The notes under the pieces are model-generated. The model had not been told where the DNA came from and did not search any database. It saw nothing but the letters and a program-made list of their open reading frames with translations. Below are positions 1 to 12,082 of a stretch of 64,000 nucleotides of DNA, piece by piece. The position numbers were made by a program, and so were the translations under genes. Source of the stretch: Mobula hypostoma (taxonomy: Eukaryota); NCBI RefSeq assembly GCF_963921235.1, contig NC_086097.1:82400001-82464000 (forward strand), read 5' to 3'. Every line of letters begins with the position of its first letter. The first letter of the stretch is position 1.

Positions 1-559
1 GTGTGCCGATGAGAACATATTATATGTACATACCCAAATCAAAAGCCATAGAGGAACCAGATTAATAGTCTGCTGAGGGCCAGATCTGTGGTATTCGTCT
101 CGTGAGCCAGGACTACACAAGAAGGCCAGATGCAACTTACAAAGGGCTATCTCAAAAGAACAATTCAGAACGAGGTGAGAGGTGACATCGGATGCATGTC
201 AACTCTAGTAGGGTTTGCAGACCATTACTTTCTACAAGTCGAAACCTAACATCATGAATGGCAATGATGCTTCACTCCCAAACGAGTTCAAAGCCTTTTA
301 TGCTGGCTTTGAAAGGGAGAATAAAACTACAGCTATGAGGATCCCTGCAGCACCACGTGACCCTGTGATCTTTGTCTCAGAAAAGTGGTCAGATTGTCCT
401 TCGAGGGTGAATCCTCACAAGGTGACAGCCCCCTATGGGGTAGAGTACCTAGTAGTGCTCTTAAAACCTGTGCCAACCAACTGGCAGGTGTGTTCAAAGA
501 CACTTTCAATCCCTAATTACTACAGTTGGAAGTTCCCACCTGCTTTAATCATGCCAATG
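1..559 (+). mobile_element. Rex1/Babar-type LINE, degenerate upstream part (continues at 1693 after a hAT insertion)
   Basis: ORF 215..613 has DASLPNEFKAFYAGFE and VNPHKVTAP, matching the pre-RT region of the Rex1-like copy at 26195-28603 (SLPDQLNVFYARFE, INPRKVTGPDG). The LINE resumes after the 8-bp TSD. Confidence 0.8.
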
Positions 560-904
560 CCCTACAACAGGGGTCCCCAACCTTTTTCGCACCGCGGACC
601 GGTTTCATATTGACAATATTCTTGTGGACCGGCTGACCGGGTGGGGGTGGGGGGTGAGACTACAATGACCATGAAGCCTTGCGCAGGCACCAGTGCGCAT
701 GCATGTACGTGCCGACTTTTTTCTACAAATCGTTTTTGGCGATTCTGATCAGGGCGGGGTATTAATCACGAACGCAATATAGGTGATAAGTGGCTAATAC
801 ACTTAATTTCGTTTCTAAAAGGGTTTATCTAACGAATTTAATATTAAACGCACAGTGCATATTTTCCTCGCATGAATATAGTGATAAGTCAATTATCAGT
901 GGAG

Positions 905-1110
905 TTGAAGTAAGTGTTGAACGAACTTCCAGTAGAAGTGGTGGAGGCAGGTTCGATATTATTATTTAAAGAAAAATTGGACAGCTATATGGGCAGGAAA
1001 GGAATGGAGGGTTATGGGCTGAGTGCAGGTCGGTGGGACTAGGTGCGAGTAGTGTTCGGCACGGACTAGAAGGGCCAAGATCACCTGTTTCCGTGCTGTA
1101 ATTGTTATAT
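905..1110 (+). mobile_element. CR1-type LINE 3' end lying inside the hAT element
   Basis: gtggtggaggcagg...ggaatggagggttatggg...gaagggcc...ctgtttccgtgctgta matches the CR1 3' tails at 48290-48460 and 62460-62582. Confidence 0.7.
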
Positions 1111-1336
1111 AGTTATATAAGTCAATAGCATCATAACATTGTAAGTAACATTTGGATATTAAACACACAGCACATATTTTCCCCGTATGAACATATAAAA
1201 TCATTGCAACACACCAATATCGCTGAATCAGTGGGAGCCCTGGGCTAGTTTCCCTGCAACAAGACGGTCCTATCGAGGGGTGATGGGAGACAGTGATACT
1301 CGAATGGGGTTCCTTATGTCCTGTCTATTCCGCAAT

Positions 1337-1570
1337 TTAGTTTTCGTTGCATTCCTTGAAGAGATATGTTGGAAATGGAAGCAACGTTTTCAATGCTTTC
1401 GGGGCTATCTCAGGATATTTAGCCTTGACTTTGATCCAGAATGCCGGCAGAGATGTTATGTCAAACATGCTTTTCAGCCCGCCATCATTTGCAAGCTCGA
1501 GGAGTTGATCTCCTTCCCGCGCTGACATGGATGACGCGTGAGTAATGACCTCGCGTGTGTTCAAGCTCAA
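1337..1570 (-). pseudogene. hAT transposase C-terminal (dimerisation domain) remnant
   Basis: LLELANDGGLKSMF...FWIKVKAKYPEIAPKALKTLLPFPTYL, typical of Buster/Charlie transposase C-termini. Confidence 0.85.
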
Positions 1571-1692
1571 CAGTGGGCGTGACAGGGAATGAGGAAAAGT
1601 GCAGCTGACTCATATCACCAAATCATATCGTTTCCTCGCGGCCCGGTAGCACATGCTTTGCGGCCCGGTGGTTGGGGACCACTGCCCTACAA

Positions 1693-3012
1693 GACCAGGG
1701 TGAGCTGCCTTAATTACTATGAAACAGTAGCAGTCACATCTACAATGATGAAGTACTTCGAGAGGTTGGTTATGGCTAGAATTAGCACCTGTCTCAGCAA
1801 GGACTTGGACCACCTGCAATTTGCCTACCATCACAATAAGTCTACAGTGGATGCGGTCTAATTGGCTCTTCCTAAGGCCTTGGATCACCTGGACAGTTCT
1901 AATATTTATATTAAGCTGCTGTTTATTGACTACAGCACAGCATTTATTACAATTGTTCCTACAGGTCTGATCAAAAAGCTCCAAAATCTGCAACTCCATA
2001 CCTCCCTCTGTAACCGGATCCTCAGCTTCCTCACTGGAAGACCTCAGTCTGTGCGGATCGAAAATAACATCTCCACCTCTCTAATAATCAATACTGCCGC
2101 ACCCCAAGGATGTACGCTTAGCCAACTGCTCTACTCTCTGTACACCCATGACTGTGTGGCTAGGCACAGATCAAATGCCATCTTTAAATTTGCTGATGAC
2201 ATAGCTATTGTTGGCAGAATTTCAGATAATGCCGAGAAGGCGTACAGGAGCGAGATACATCAGATTGTTGAGTGGTGTCACAGCAACAACCTTACACTCA
2301 GCATCAGTAAGACCAAAGAATTGATTGTGGACTTCAGAAAGGGTAAGACAAGGGAACACACCAGTCCTCAGAGAGGGATCAAAAGTGGAAAGAGTGAGCA
2401 ATTTCAAATTCCTGAGTGTCAATATCTCTGCGGACCTAACCTGGACCCATCATATTGATGCAGCTACAAAGAAGGCATGACAGTGGCTATATTCAATTCA
2501 GAGTTTGAGGAGATTTGGTATGTCACCAAAGACACTCACAAATTTCTGAAGGTGTACTGTGGAGAGCACTTTAACAGATTGCATCACTATTAGTATGTGG
2601 GGGGTGCAGTGCACAGGATCAAAATAAGCTGCAGAGAGTTTAAAACTCAGTTAGCTCCATCATGGGTACTAGGCTCCCCAGCATCCAGGACGACTTCAAG
2701 GAATGATGTCTCAAAAGGCAGCAGCATCCATCATTAAGGGCCCCCATCACCCAAGAATGCCCTCTTCACATTACCACCATCAGGGAGGAGGTACAGGAGT
2801 CTGAAGGCACACATCCACTCATTCAGGAACAGCTACTTCCCCTCTGCCATCAGATTTCTGAAGGGACATTGAACCCATGAACACTACCTCACTCTCTCTC
2901 TCTATATATATATACTTGTTACTGTAGTTCAGTTTTTATTACTATGAACTGCAATGTACTGCTGCCACATAACAACAAATTTCAAGACAAATGCTGGTAA
3001 TACCTGATTCTG
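1693..3012 (+). mobile_element. Rex1/Babar-type LINE RT and 3' end (frameshifted)
   Basis: MKYFERLV, LQFAY, LLFIDYSTAF, APQGCTLS, KFADD, SKTKELIVDFRK in ORFs 1589..1861 and 1862..2458. Ends in a cctgattctg tail. Confidence 0.9.
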
Positions 3013-3459
3013 CTTCTTTTGTCTCTCTGGTTACTTCTTTGCGCGATATTAATGCTCTCTGCTGCCCCATAGTGGTTAGACATATTGGTTGCGATGTCCA
3101 TTAAACTGTGTTCATCTCTATGAACTTTTTACCCCTATTTCAATACTATTTATAGTGAATAGTCACTCCCTCTTCCAACTCTCCTTTCCTTCCACCCTGT
3201 TATTCCCTTTCCTTACCTTGAATATATTCATGCAATTATAAGGCAAACACAGTCAGAAAAAATACTCAAAATGTATCTCAGGATAGATCCCAGCAGAAGA
3301 GCAGGAATTGAAAGATGCACTGGCATTCAATAAGGTGAAAAAGGATGTACTTCAAGCAAAGTACTATTATGTGCATATATAGTCTTTCTGTGCGTAAAAA
3401 CTATTTTCAGTAAGTATTTTACTTTACAGCAATGTGTATGTATTACACTCCCATTTATA

Positions 3460-3765
3460 TATAGGTATCCGTTAGTCTCATGAGACCACGAATTTGAGCC
3501 TTGGAAGGTGTCCAGGGCACAGGCCTGGGCAAGGTTGTATGGAAGACCAGCAGTTGCCCATGCTGCAAGTCTCCCTTCTCCACGCCACCGATGTTGTCCA
3601 AGGGAAGGGCATTAGGACCCATATAGCTTGGCACTGGTATCGTCGCAGAGCAATGTGTGGTTAAGTGCCTTGCTCAAGGACACAACATGCTGCCTCAGCC
3701 TACGCTGGAACTAGCGACCTTCCAATCACTAAACGCATGCCTTAACCACTTGGTCACCCACCAAC
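3460..3765 (-). mobile_element. tRNA-derived SINE with RTE-like 3' tail
   Basis: Minus strand: A-box-like tgaccaagtggttaagg, B-box-like agttccagc, core ccttgagcaaggcacttaacc, tail gagactaacggatacc. 15-bp TSD acactcccat(t/c)tata at 3445-3459 and 3766-3780. Second copy at 15392-15679. Confidence 0.8.
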
Positions 3766-3949
3766 ACACTCCCATCTATAAAGAGTAATAAAGTCATGAA
3801 AGTTATTAAGGTAGTAGTAAGAGTTAGAACTAATAATGTAACATTTAAATATTCATCACTTCCTGCAAATTTAACAGTGATGGAAAAGGGTAGGGCAGAA
3901 ATTTGTAAAACTATCAAGCCAAGGTTCCAGATTTGAAAAGATGATGCAC

Positions 3950-4090
3950 TTTGGCAATGCAGTGCAGCAGTTAGTTGTGCTACCTCATAGAGTGAGGATT
4001 TTGAGCTCAATCCTCGTGTGCTCTCTGTCTGGAGTTTAAATATTCTCTCTGTGATGGCGTGGGTTTTCTCCAGTTGCTCTGGTTTTATCT
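3950..4090 (+). mobile_element. Degenerate V-SINE (HE1-like)
   Basis: ctgtctggagtttaaatattctctctgtgatggcgtgggttttctccagttgctctggttt resembles the V-SINE central domain, preceded by a decayed tRNA-like head. Confidence 0.6.
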
Positions 4091-4637
4091 CAGGGTAGTG
4101 ATGAAAGGAATCAAAGATGGGGGTGTGGAAAAGCATAGAATTTGCTGATGGAGAAGGAGAGTGCTGGGATTGCTCTCCTGGCGAACGGGCATGGATGTAA
4201 TGGGTTGAATGTTGCAATAGGTGTAAAGTAATTCATGGCCAAGTATCTCCTTATTTTGGTATTTACTCGTGTTTTTTTTCTGCGTCCCTATCTGAAGCTG
4301 TGTAGGTGTTTGGCAACTTTGCACCATGTTGAGGTGATCTAGTTTCTCTCCTTATGAGAGGCACTAAGGTAGTTGTATTGAATTCTGGGCAACCAAATCA
4401 GTCTTCTCTTTTATCTAACATCCTCAAAATGACTCTACCTTTGCATATTAGTCGGTGGTGACCAGGGATGAATTATTAGGGTTAAATTCCTACTCCAGCC
4501 AAGGGGTACTTATTGTGTAGAGTCACTCAGCAATTCAGGGAGCATTTTCTGAAAATGTTTTTTTTTTACTGAACACCTTTATTTTTTATTTTCTGCTTTT
4601 ATTTCAGTTGTCCAGCATTTGCAGGTTATTTGATTAC

Positions 4638-5487
4638 TGTTATGTACCCTGTAACTGGGTTGCCAAACCAACAGAAATGGAACACTCGTTGGAGTCTGTG
4701 ATTACTAGGAACTAATAAGGTTTTATTAAAGAAATAAGTAATACAGTACTCTAATCGTAAGGATATAAATGTAACAGGTTAGCAATGACAATACACACAT
4801 ATACATAGAACTAGGGTAATAGGAATCAACCAAGCTCTATCGCAGTCTAGGGGTAAAATAATCAGTCTTAGGTGAAGCAGAGTTCAGTTCAGTTTAGTGC
4901 AGTTCGAACTAATCGCTGCTGTTGTACCATTGGGGAGAGAGAGAAAGAGAGAGAGAGTGGGAGATGCAATTGGTTTCAGGCAGACCTTTTGATGTCTTCG
5001 CAGTTGGTTTCGGGCAGACCTTTTGATGTCTTCTAATCCCGCTGTGGTCACCGACTGTGACCCCTCCGTTCCGGATACGATCGTTCTTCCGCGGTGAACC
5101 CGGCACCCAGGCAATGGCAGACACACACCCCAGGTTCCCACTGATCGTACCTTTACACCCTGTGAGCCTCTGATTGGTTCCCGCGAACCGGTCCTCCAAA
5201 CTCCTACCAACTTGTGGGGGCACACTGCTCTTTCCAGGGTCTCGTGGCATGTCCCGTGCCTTAGCAAACCTGCTCTTTTTATCCCCCTGCTGGGGTATCA
5301 CCTGTCCATCAAACTTCAAACAGTTCAGGTTCAAAGCAACCGGTCTGTCAATATCTGAATTGTGTTTCTTTCCCGTTAATCTCTCCCTTCTCTCTCATTA
5401 GCATTTTGAATGTTTCTCCATTGTCTTCTGTTATCTCTCTCATTAGCATCATCGGTCTGGTAGCTCTGCTTGGCGTCACAAATGACA
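4638..5487 (-). repeat. 3' LTR of Gmr1-like element
   Basis: tgttatgtaccctg...gtcacaaatgaca, direct repeat of 10276-11117. Adjacent pyrimidine run at ~5488-5495 is the minus-strand PPT. AATAAA on the minus strand near 4722. Confidence 0.93.
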
Positions 5488-5607
5488 CCCCACCCTTAAA
5501 AGGACTTTTACTGGGGTAAAAATTATGGGCCTGAATGCACATTATAAGATACACACTAATATACAGGTAGTCATCAGCTATTCGGCTAATACAGAGAACT
5601 TTAAGTT

Positions 5608-6900
5608 TTAACACCTTGACAGACAGTCAGCAATCACATTGTCCGTTCCTTTTATATGTTTTAACTTAATATCAAATTCCTGTAAGACCAGGCTCCAACG
5701 TAGTAAGCGTTTGTTTTTATCCTTCATTGTGGCCAAAAACACTAATGGATTGTGATCAGTGTAAATTATCAGTGGTTTCCATGCCGGACAAATATAAACC
5801 TCAAAATGTTGTAATGCTAGCATGATTGCCAGTAATTCCTTCTGCACAGTGGAATAATTTCTCTGATGGACATTAAACTTATTAGAAAAATATGCCACTG
5901 GTTGGTCAATCTCCTCTTTGTCAGTCTGCAACAGCACCGCCCCTGCCGCTTCATCGCTAGCATCTGTTGCTAGGGAGAAGGGTTTTGAAAAGTCAGGCGT
6001 ATTCAATACAGGGTGGTGACACAGAATTGCCTTCAGACTCTTGAAGGCTTGTTGACGAAGATCGTTCCACACAAACTTCACATTCTTCGGCAAGAGCTTA
6101 GTAAGAGGGAGGGTAATATCCACAAAGTTTTTGCAGAACTTCCGATAGTACCCCACCATCCCCAAGAACCTTCTCAGGGCTCTCTTGTCCGTCGGGATGG
6201 GAACTTCAGAGATAGCCCGCACCTTAGCCTGCATCGGTGCCAGCTGCCCCTGTCCTACCACATACCCCAGATAAGTGACCTTAGCATGGCCAAATTCACT
6301 TTTTGTGAGGTTCACTGTCAGGTTGGCTTCAGACAGCTGTTTAAACAGTTCCTCTACCGCCACAATGTGCTCCTCCCACGTGTCACTCCAGACCACTAAA
6401 TCATCAATATACGCTTGAGTTCTTTAACCTTTTTATCACTGAATTAATCATCCTTTGGAAGGTCCCTGAGGTGTTTTTCATGCCAAAAGGTAAAACATTA
6501 TACCCGTATAACCCGGATGGAGTGGCAAATGCTGAGATTTCTCTAGCCCGGTTGGTTAAAGGTATGCACCAGTACCCTTTCAGCAAATCGATCTTTGTGA
6601 TGTACGTTGCTCTCCCCACTTTATCGATGCAATCGTCTACCCTTGGGATGGGGTAAGCATCAGTTTTTTGTGATGGTGTTCACCTTTCTGTAATCTGTAC
6701 AGAATCGGATGCTCCCAGCGGCTTTCGGGACAACCACACAGGGAGACGCCCATTCCGATTTGGATGGCCTAATAATACCTGTGGCTAGCATGTGTTCAGT
6801 TTCTTTCTCCACTAGCTTTCCCTTCTCCAAGTTCATCCTATAGGGGTGTTGCTTAATAGGCTGGTCTGATGTGACAACAACATCATGTACCGTCCCCTTG
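5608..6900 (-). pseudogene. Gypsy reverse transcriptase + RNase H (frameshifted)
   Basis: TKIDLLKGYW, LPFGMKN, YIDD region, YLGYVVG, FLGMVGYYRKF, TDASDEAAGAVL, NYSTVQKELLA, YTDHNPL, NVIADCLSR. Confidence 0.93.
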
Positions 6901-6902
6901 CA

Positions 6903-8525
6903 TCACCTCGGGACATCCAGACATATATCTGCATGCTGGTTAATTAGCTTTATCAGCGGCTCGCTCTGTTCGGGGGTTAAGTGAGAGACCTTATCAGCAA
7001 AGTTGGCCAAAACAATAGAGTTCTCCAATCTGGTCGGCACCATATTTATCTTCTCAAGATGGGTTTTCCCCTTATCATTTGGCACCCCAGTCTCATTAAT
7101 TTTCGTGATAACACCAACTAGATCTGCTTTCTGTTCGTGGTAAGCTTTTAACATATTAATGTGTACTAATTGGGTTGGCTTACGTCTGTCCGGCGTTTCG
7201 ATATCATAATTCAAAAAGTCTATCTTTTTAATCACTTTGTACGGACCGTGGGATCTCGCCTGGAGGGGGTTGGTTACCACTGGAAACAGAACTAAAACCC
7301 TATCGCCCACTTGAAACACTTTTTCGCAGGCACGTCTATCATACCACTGTTTCATTTTAGTTTGGGAGTGTCGTAGATTTTCTGTGGCAAGGTCACAGAT
7401 CCTTTTAAACCTCTCACGAAATTTTAAAACATAGTCAATCACATTGACTTGTATTGCCGGACTGGACCATTGCTCTTTCAGTAAGGTCAGGGGTCCTCTG
7501 GGCCGATGACCGAAGACGAGCTCGAATGGGCTGAACCCCAATGACTCCTGAACCGTGTCCCTTACGGCAAATACCAGAAGAGGCAAAGCATCATCCCAGT
7601 CCCTAGCGTTCTCTTGACAATAAATTTTAATCATGGTCTTTAATGTTGCGTGGAATCTTTCCAACGCCCCTTGGGACTCTGGGTGGTACGCGGAGGCCAA
7701 AATCTGCCTTGCTCCCATCTCATCCAACATCCGTCGGAATGTGTGAGATGTGAAGACACTCCCCTGATCTGACTGGATTTCCCTGGGCAGCCCCACCGTA
7801 GTGAAAAATTTCACAAGCGCCTTTACCACCGCGGGAGCCTTGACACTTGCCAGGGGCACCGCCTCTGGAAACCTGGTGGCGGCGCACATTATAGTCATCA
7901 CATACTCTCGCCCACTCAGTTCTGGGCAGGGGACCGACAAAATCCACAATTATTTGAGAAAAAGGTCCCCGAAAGCGGGTATCGGGCGAAGGGGCGCTTT
8001 AGGCAGGACTTGGTTCGGCTTTCCTACCACCTGATATAAATGACATCGTCTACAATAGTCAACAATATCCTTCCTCATGTTCGGCCAGTAAAACTCTTTC
8101 ATAATTCTATCGACTGTTTTTCTCACCCCAAAATGTCCACCGAGGGGTAACTTGTGGGCCAGGTTAAAAATCTCATCCCTATAAATTTTCGGCACTACCA
8201 CCTGGTGTACCACCCCCCACTCCTCATTTGCGGGCACGGTACTTGGTCTCCACTTCCTCATCAGTACTTCCTCCTTCACATAATAGCCCACTGGTCCCCT
8301 TTTTATTTCTGCTTCAGAGAGAGCTGTCTCTGTCAAAACCATCAGCTCCTCATCTCGTTCCTGTGCCTGTATAAATTCCTTCCTCGCTAATGATAAATCT
8401 ACCTCAACATCCTCACTTCCTTCTGCTCCACTATGCTCCTTCTCACTTTCTAACCCCTCCTGGTACAAGGCTGGTAAAAACGTCTCAGCTGAATCTACAT
8501 TCGCTTCGGCAGCCTTTCTGGACAT
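6903..8525 (-). pseudogene. Gypsy integrase (HHCC + DDE core + GPY/F)
   Basis: AHKLPLGGHFG...CRRCH; DFVGPLPR; EIQSDQGSVF; SAYHPESQGALER; LGFSPFELVFG; HGPYKVIKK. Confidence 0.93.
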
Positions 8526-8533
8526 GCGCCGAG

Positions 8534-10172
8534 TTACTGCACAAAGGGATAAACCTGTGAATCCATGGGCGGGTCCTCAGTCCTGGCAGGCTTGCTTGTC
8601 AGCTTTACTGCTGGGTACACATCTCCACCTGCAAGGTCATTACCGAGTAAGACCTCCACGTCTTCCATCGGTAATTTGGGCCTCACCCCTATCGTGACCG
8701 GTCCAGAGACCAAATCACTTCTTAGGTGTATCTGGTGCAAAGGTACTGCTTTAGTCCCTTTCCCAATGACTTTTATCATACTGACCTCCCCAGTCTCGGT
8801 CTCTGAACTAAAGTCTTAACACCCTCCTTAAGATCAATGACTGACAAGCCCCAGTGTCTCTCCAGATCCGTACTGGAACTGGGTTTGACCCCTCCTTCAC
8901 CGACACCAATCCGACTGAAATAAACTTCTCCCGCCCTTCCTGAACTCTATCAGACTTCTTTTCTCCTAGCGGTTTGTTTGCTGGCTCAATACAGCCAGTC
9001 GGAGTCGTCGTTTTTCCTTTCCCTGTCTCCTTCTTTGGGGCAAAGCACCTGGATGCAATGTGACCGGCTTTCCCACAATTATAGCATACGACTCCAGGAG
9101 ACTTCCTACCAAACTGCTTCCTGTCTTCCTTATCCTTCTCACTAGTCCCCGGCTTACTTTCTGGCTTTTCCGGCGGACTTTCTCCGCCCTCTCGACTACC
9201 CTTCTGGTAGCTCTTACTCGGGGTAAACTTTGCTTTGTGTGTTAACGCGTACTCATCCGCTAACTTAGCAGTTGCGGCTAAGGTTTCTGTCTCTTTCTCA
9301 TCTAGGTAGGGCCTCATACCTTCAGGGACACAACCTTTAAATTGCTCAGTCAGTATTAGCTGTAGCAGTCTGTCATAATTTCCAGTGACCCCTTTCGAGG
9401 CGCACCAACGCTCACAATACATCTGCATCTCATGGGCAAACTCTAAATACGTGCAGCCCCACTGCTTCCTCACATCCCGGAAGCTTTACCAGTATGCCTC
9501 CGGGACCAACTCATAAATCCTGAGTATAGCCTCTTTCACTACATCATACCTCTGGGCATCTTCTGCTGACAATGCCAAGTAAGCTTGTTGAGCCTTCCCT
9601 TTAAGTACGCTCTGAAGCAAAACAGCCCACTTATCCCTCGGCTAGTCCTGACTTGCAGCGACTTTTTCAAAATGTAGAAAGTACCGATCAACATCGGCCT
9701 CCTCAAATGGGGGAACCAACCTAACCTCCTGGGTCGCCCTGAACCCTCTACCTTGGTTCGGCATTTGGCCCCTCTCTAGTGCCATCCTTAACTTCTCAAG
9801 CTCAAACTCCCTTTCCTTCTCTCTCTCTTCCCATTCTAACTGCTTCTCTTCTTGTTCTAGCTGCTTTACTCAGAACTCATGCTCGAGTCTTAATTTTTCC
9901 ATCTGCAGCTGCACTGCTTCTCCACCAGGTTTGCTCATAGACACCGCCTCCAGCTCCCCATGGGGAAACACACCTTTAGATACATAGTGCTCTATGATAG
10001 CTCTGTGCATCTCCGTTCTCCTAATTGTTGGCTTCCCCTTAAAAAGACTCAACTGTTTTGCAACTGTTTTGCAACTGTTTTGCAACTGTTTTGCAACAGT
10101 CGCCAATTCTGATTTCCTGGCATCCTCTAATGCCTCCAAGGTTGGCGCCTTTAGAAATTCCTCAGTCTCCAT
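8534..10172 (-). pseudogene. Gag (SCAN-like capsid, zinc knuckle) and aspartic protease, with in-frame stops
   Basis: LILTEQFKGCVPEGMRPYLDEK...AAT AKLADEY-type SCAN-like segment, CYNCGKAGHIASRC, RDTGACQSLI, VLLGNDLAG. Stops near 9870 and between 9480 and 9650. Confidence 0.88.
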
Positions 10173-10246
10173 TTCTGCTGTTTGCCCTCTCTTTTTCTTT
10201 CGGAAATTTTAACCCAATCAATTTACCCAGTCCCAAATTTTTGGCG

Positions 10247-10271
10247 TTCAAAATCCCGGACGAGATTCCCA
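10247..10271 (-). promoter_or_regulatory. Primer binding site, tRNA-Pro type
   Basis: Minus strand TGGGAATCTCGTCCGGGATTT, 4 nt from the 5' LTR; canonical PBS-Pro is TGGGGGCTCGTCCGGGAT. Confidence 0.85.
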
Positions 10272-10275
10272 CTTA

Positions 10276-11117
10276 TGTTACGTACCCTGTAACGGGGTTG
10301 CCAAACCAGCAGAAATGGACCACCCATTGGAGTCTGTGATTACTAGGAACTAATAAAGTTCTGTTAAAGAGATAAGTTATACAGTACTCTAATCATAAGG
10401 CTATAAATGTAACAGGTTAGCAATGATAATACACACATATACACAGAACTAGGGCAATAGGAATCAATCAAGCTCTATCGCAGTCCAGGGGTAAAATTAT
10501 CAGTCTTAAGTGAAGCAGAGTTCAGTTCAGTTTAGTGCAGTTCGAAGTAATCGCTGCTGTTGTACCGTTGGGGAGAGAGAGAGAGAGAGTGGGAGGTGCA
10601 ATTGGTTTCAGGCAGACCTTTTGATGTCTTCGCAGTTTGTTTTGGGCAGACCTTTTGATGTCTTCTAATCCTGCTGTGGTCACCGACTGTGACCCCTCTG
10701 TTCTGGATACGATCGTTCTTCCGTGGTGAACCCGGCACCCAGGCAAGGGCAGTCACACACCCCAGGTTTCCACTGATCGTACCTTTACACCCTATGAGCC
10801 TCTGATCAGTTCCCACAAACCGGTTCTCCAAACTCCCACCACTTCTGGGGGCACACTGCTCTTTCCGTGGGTCTCGTGGCATGTCCCGTGCCTTAGCAAA
10901 CCTGCTCCTTTTATCCCCCTGCTGGGGTATCACCTGTCCATCAAACTTCAAACAGTTCAGGTTCAAAGCAACCAGTCTGTCAATATCTGAATTGTGTTTC
11001 TTTCCCATTAATCTCTCTTCTCTCTCATTGGCATTTTGAATGTTTCTCCATTGTCTTCTGTTATCTCTCTCATTAGCATCATCCGTCTGGTAGCTCTGCT
11101 TGGCGTCACACATGACA
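10276..11117 (-). repeat. 5' LTR of Gmr1-like element
   Basis: tgttacgtaccctg...gtcacacatgaca followed by TSD TTAC. Confidence 0.93.
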
Positions 11118-11774
11118 TTACCAATTGAAGAGTCCCTTTACTGTCACCCAAGCTAAGATCATTTATCTCAGAATATGTGGAGATCTTATCTTCTGTAATT
11201 TTTCCTCTTTAAGATAAATGTAGATTGTTATGAGCTTTCCATGATATTTTCAAACTACTACCACCAAGCCTTCAGGAAAATAGTTAAACACCATCACAAG
11301 GGCAACTTCCTATATTATCTAAGAAAATGGATATATTAAAGGTGTTGCTACAAATTTAGTGTCTGTTTTCTCACATAATGTAGGATACTGACCTTGCACA
11401 TACCGGAACATTTATTGACAGCACCTTGTAAATTCAATTGCACTGCTGATATGTATCAGTCCCCAGGAGCATATGCAATGAGGAGTTACTTAAAACTGGT
11501 CAAACTTGTTTCCACAGGGGAAGATTGTAATAAAATGCGTGTGTGCACTGAGCTGCCTGTTGTATTATTTTGTGCTTCTGTTTTCCTCAGACATCTTTGA
11601 AGGAATTAGGTTCACAAAACACAAGTAAAAATGTTACCTGCGATTACAGAAGCAGCACACGGCATGCTGTGGAAAGGTCACTTTACAGCAGTTATCCTCC
11701 CCACCACTTTAACATTAAAAAAGAGATTTTTGTCATAGACAAAAAGAGCCTGTTGGTTGAGCCCCTCAACCATT

Positions 11775-12082
11775 AGGCTGTGGAGTCAAAGGGTTAACTT
11801 CACTTGCCCCACCATTGAAATGTTCCCACAACCTATGGACTCACTTTGAAGGACTCTTCATCTCAAGTTCTCGATACTTATTGCTTATTTATTTATTATT
11901 ATTGTTTCTTTCTTTTTGTATTTGCGCAGATTGTTTTCTTTTGCAGGCTGGTTGAACACAAGACAAGTGGTCTTTTATTGATTCTGTTATGGATTTGTTG
12001 AGTTTGCCTGCAAGAAAGTGAACCTCAGGGTGGTATATGGTGACTTGTATGTACTTAGATAATAAATTTACTTTGAACTTTG
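11775..12082 (+). mobile_element. Non-LTR retroelement 3' tail fragment (Rex1-associated type)
   Basis: tgtggactcacttt-like motif and terminus aataaatttactttgaactttg. The same tail type occurs at 34240-34450 (+) and 50290-50420 (-). Confidence 0.55.

Larger units (their letters stand above)
568..1684 (-). mobile_element. Non-autonomous hAT (Charlie/Buster-like) DNA transposon
   Basis: 15-bp TIRs CAGGGGTCCCCAACC / GGTTGGGGACCACTG (1 mismatch). Perfect 8-bp TSD CCCTACAA at 560-567 and 1685-1692. Transposase remnant on the minus strand. Confidence 0.92.
4638..11117 (-). mobile_element. Full-length Gmr1-like Ty3/Gypsy LTR retrotransposon (gag-PR-IN-RT-RH), decayed
   Basis: Paired ~850-bp LTRs (TG...CA), 4-bp TSD TTAC (4634-4637, 11118-11121), tRNA-Pro-type PBS and PPT. 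Domain order on the minus strand: gag, CCHC, DTG protease, integrase, RT, RNase H. Confidence 0.95.

Noticed and set aside
10240..10271. tRNA-Pro gene
   Set aside because: Only the 3' ~25 nt match, next to an LTR; it is a primer binding site.
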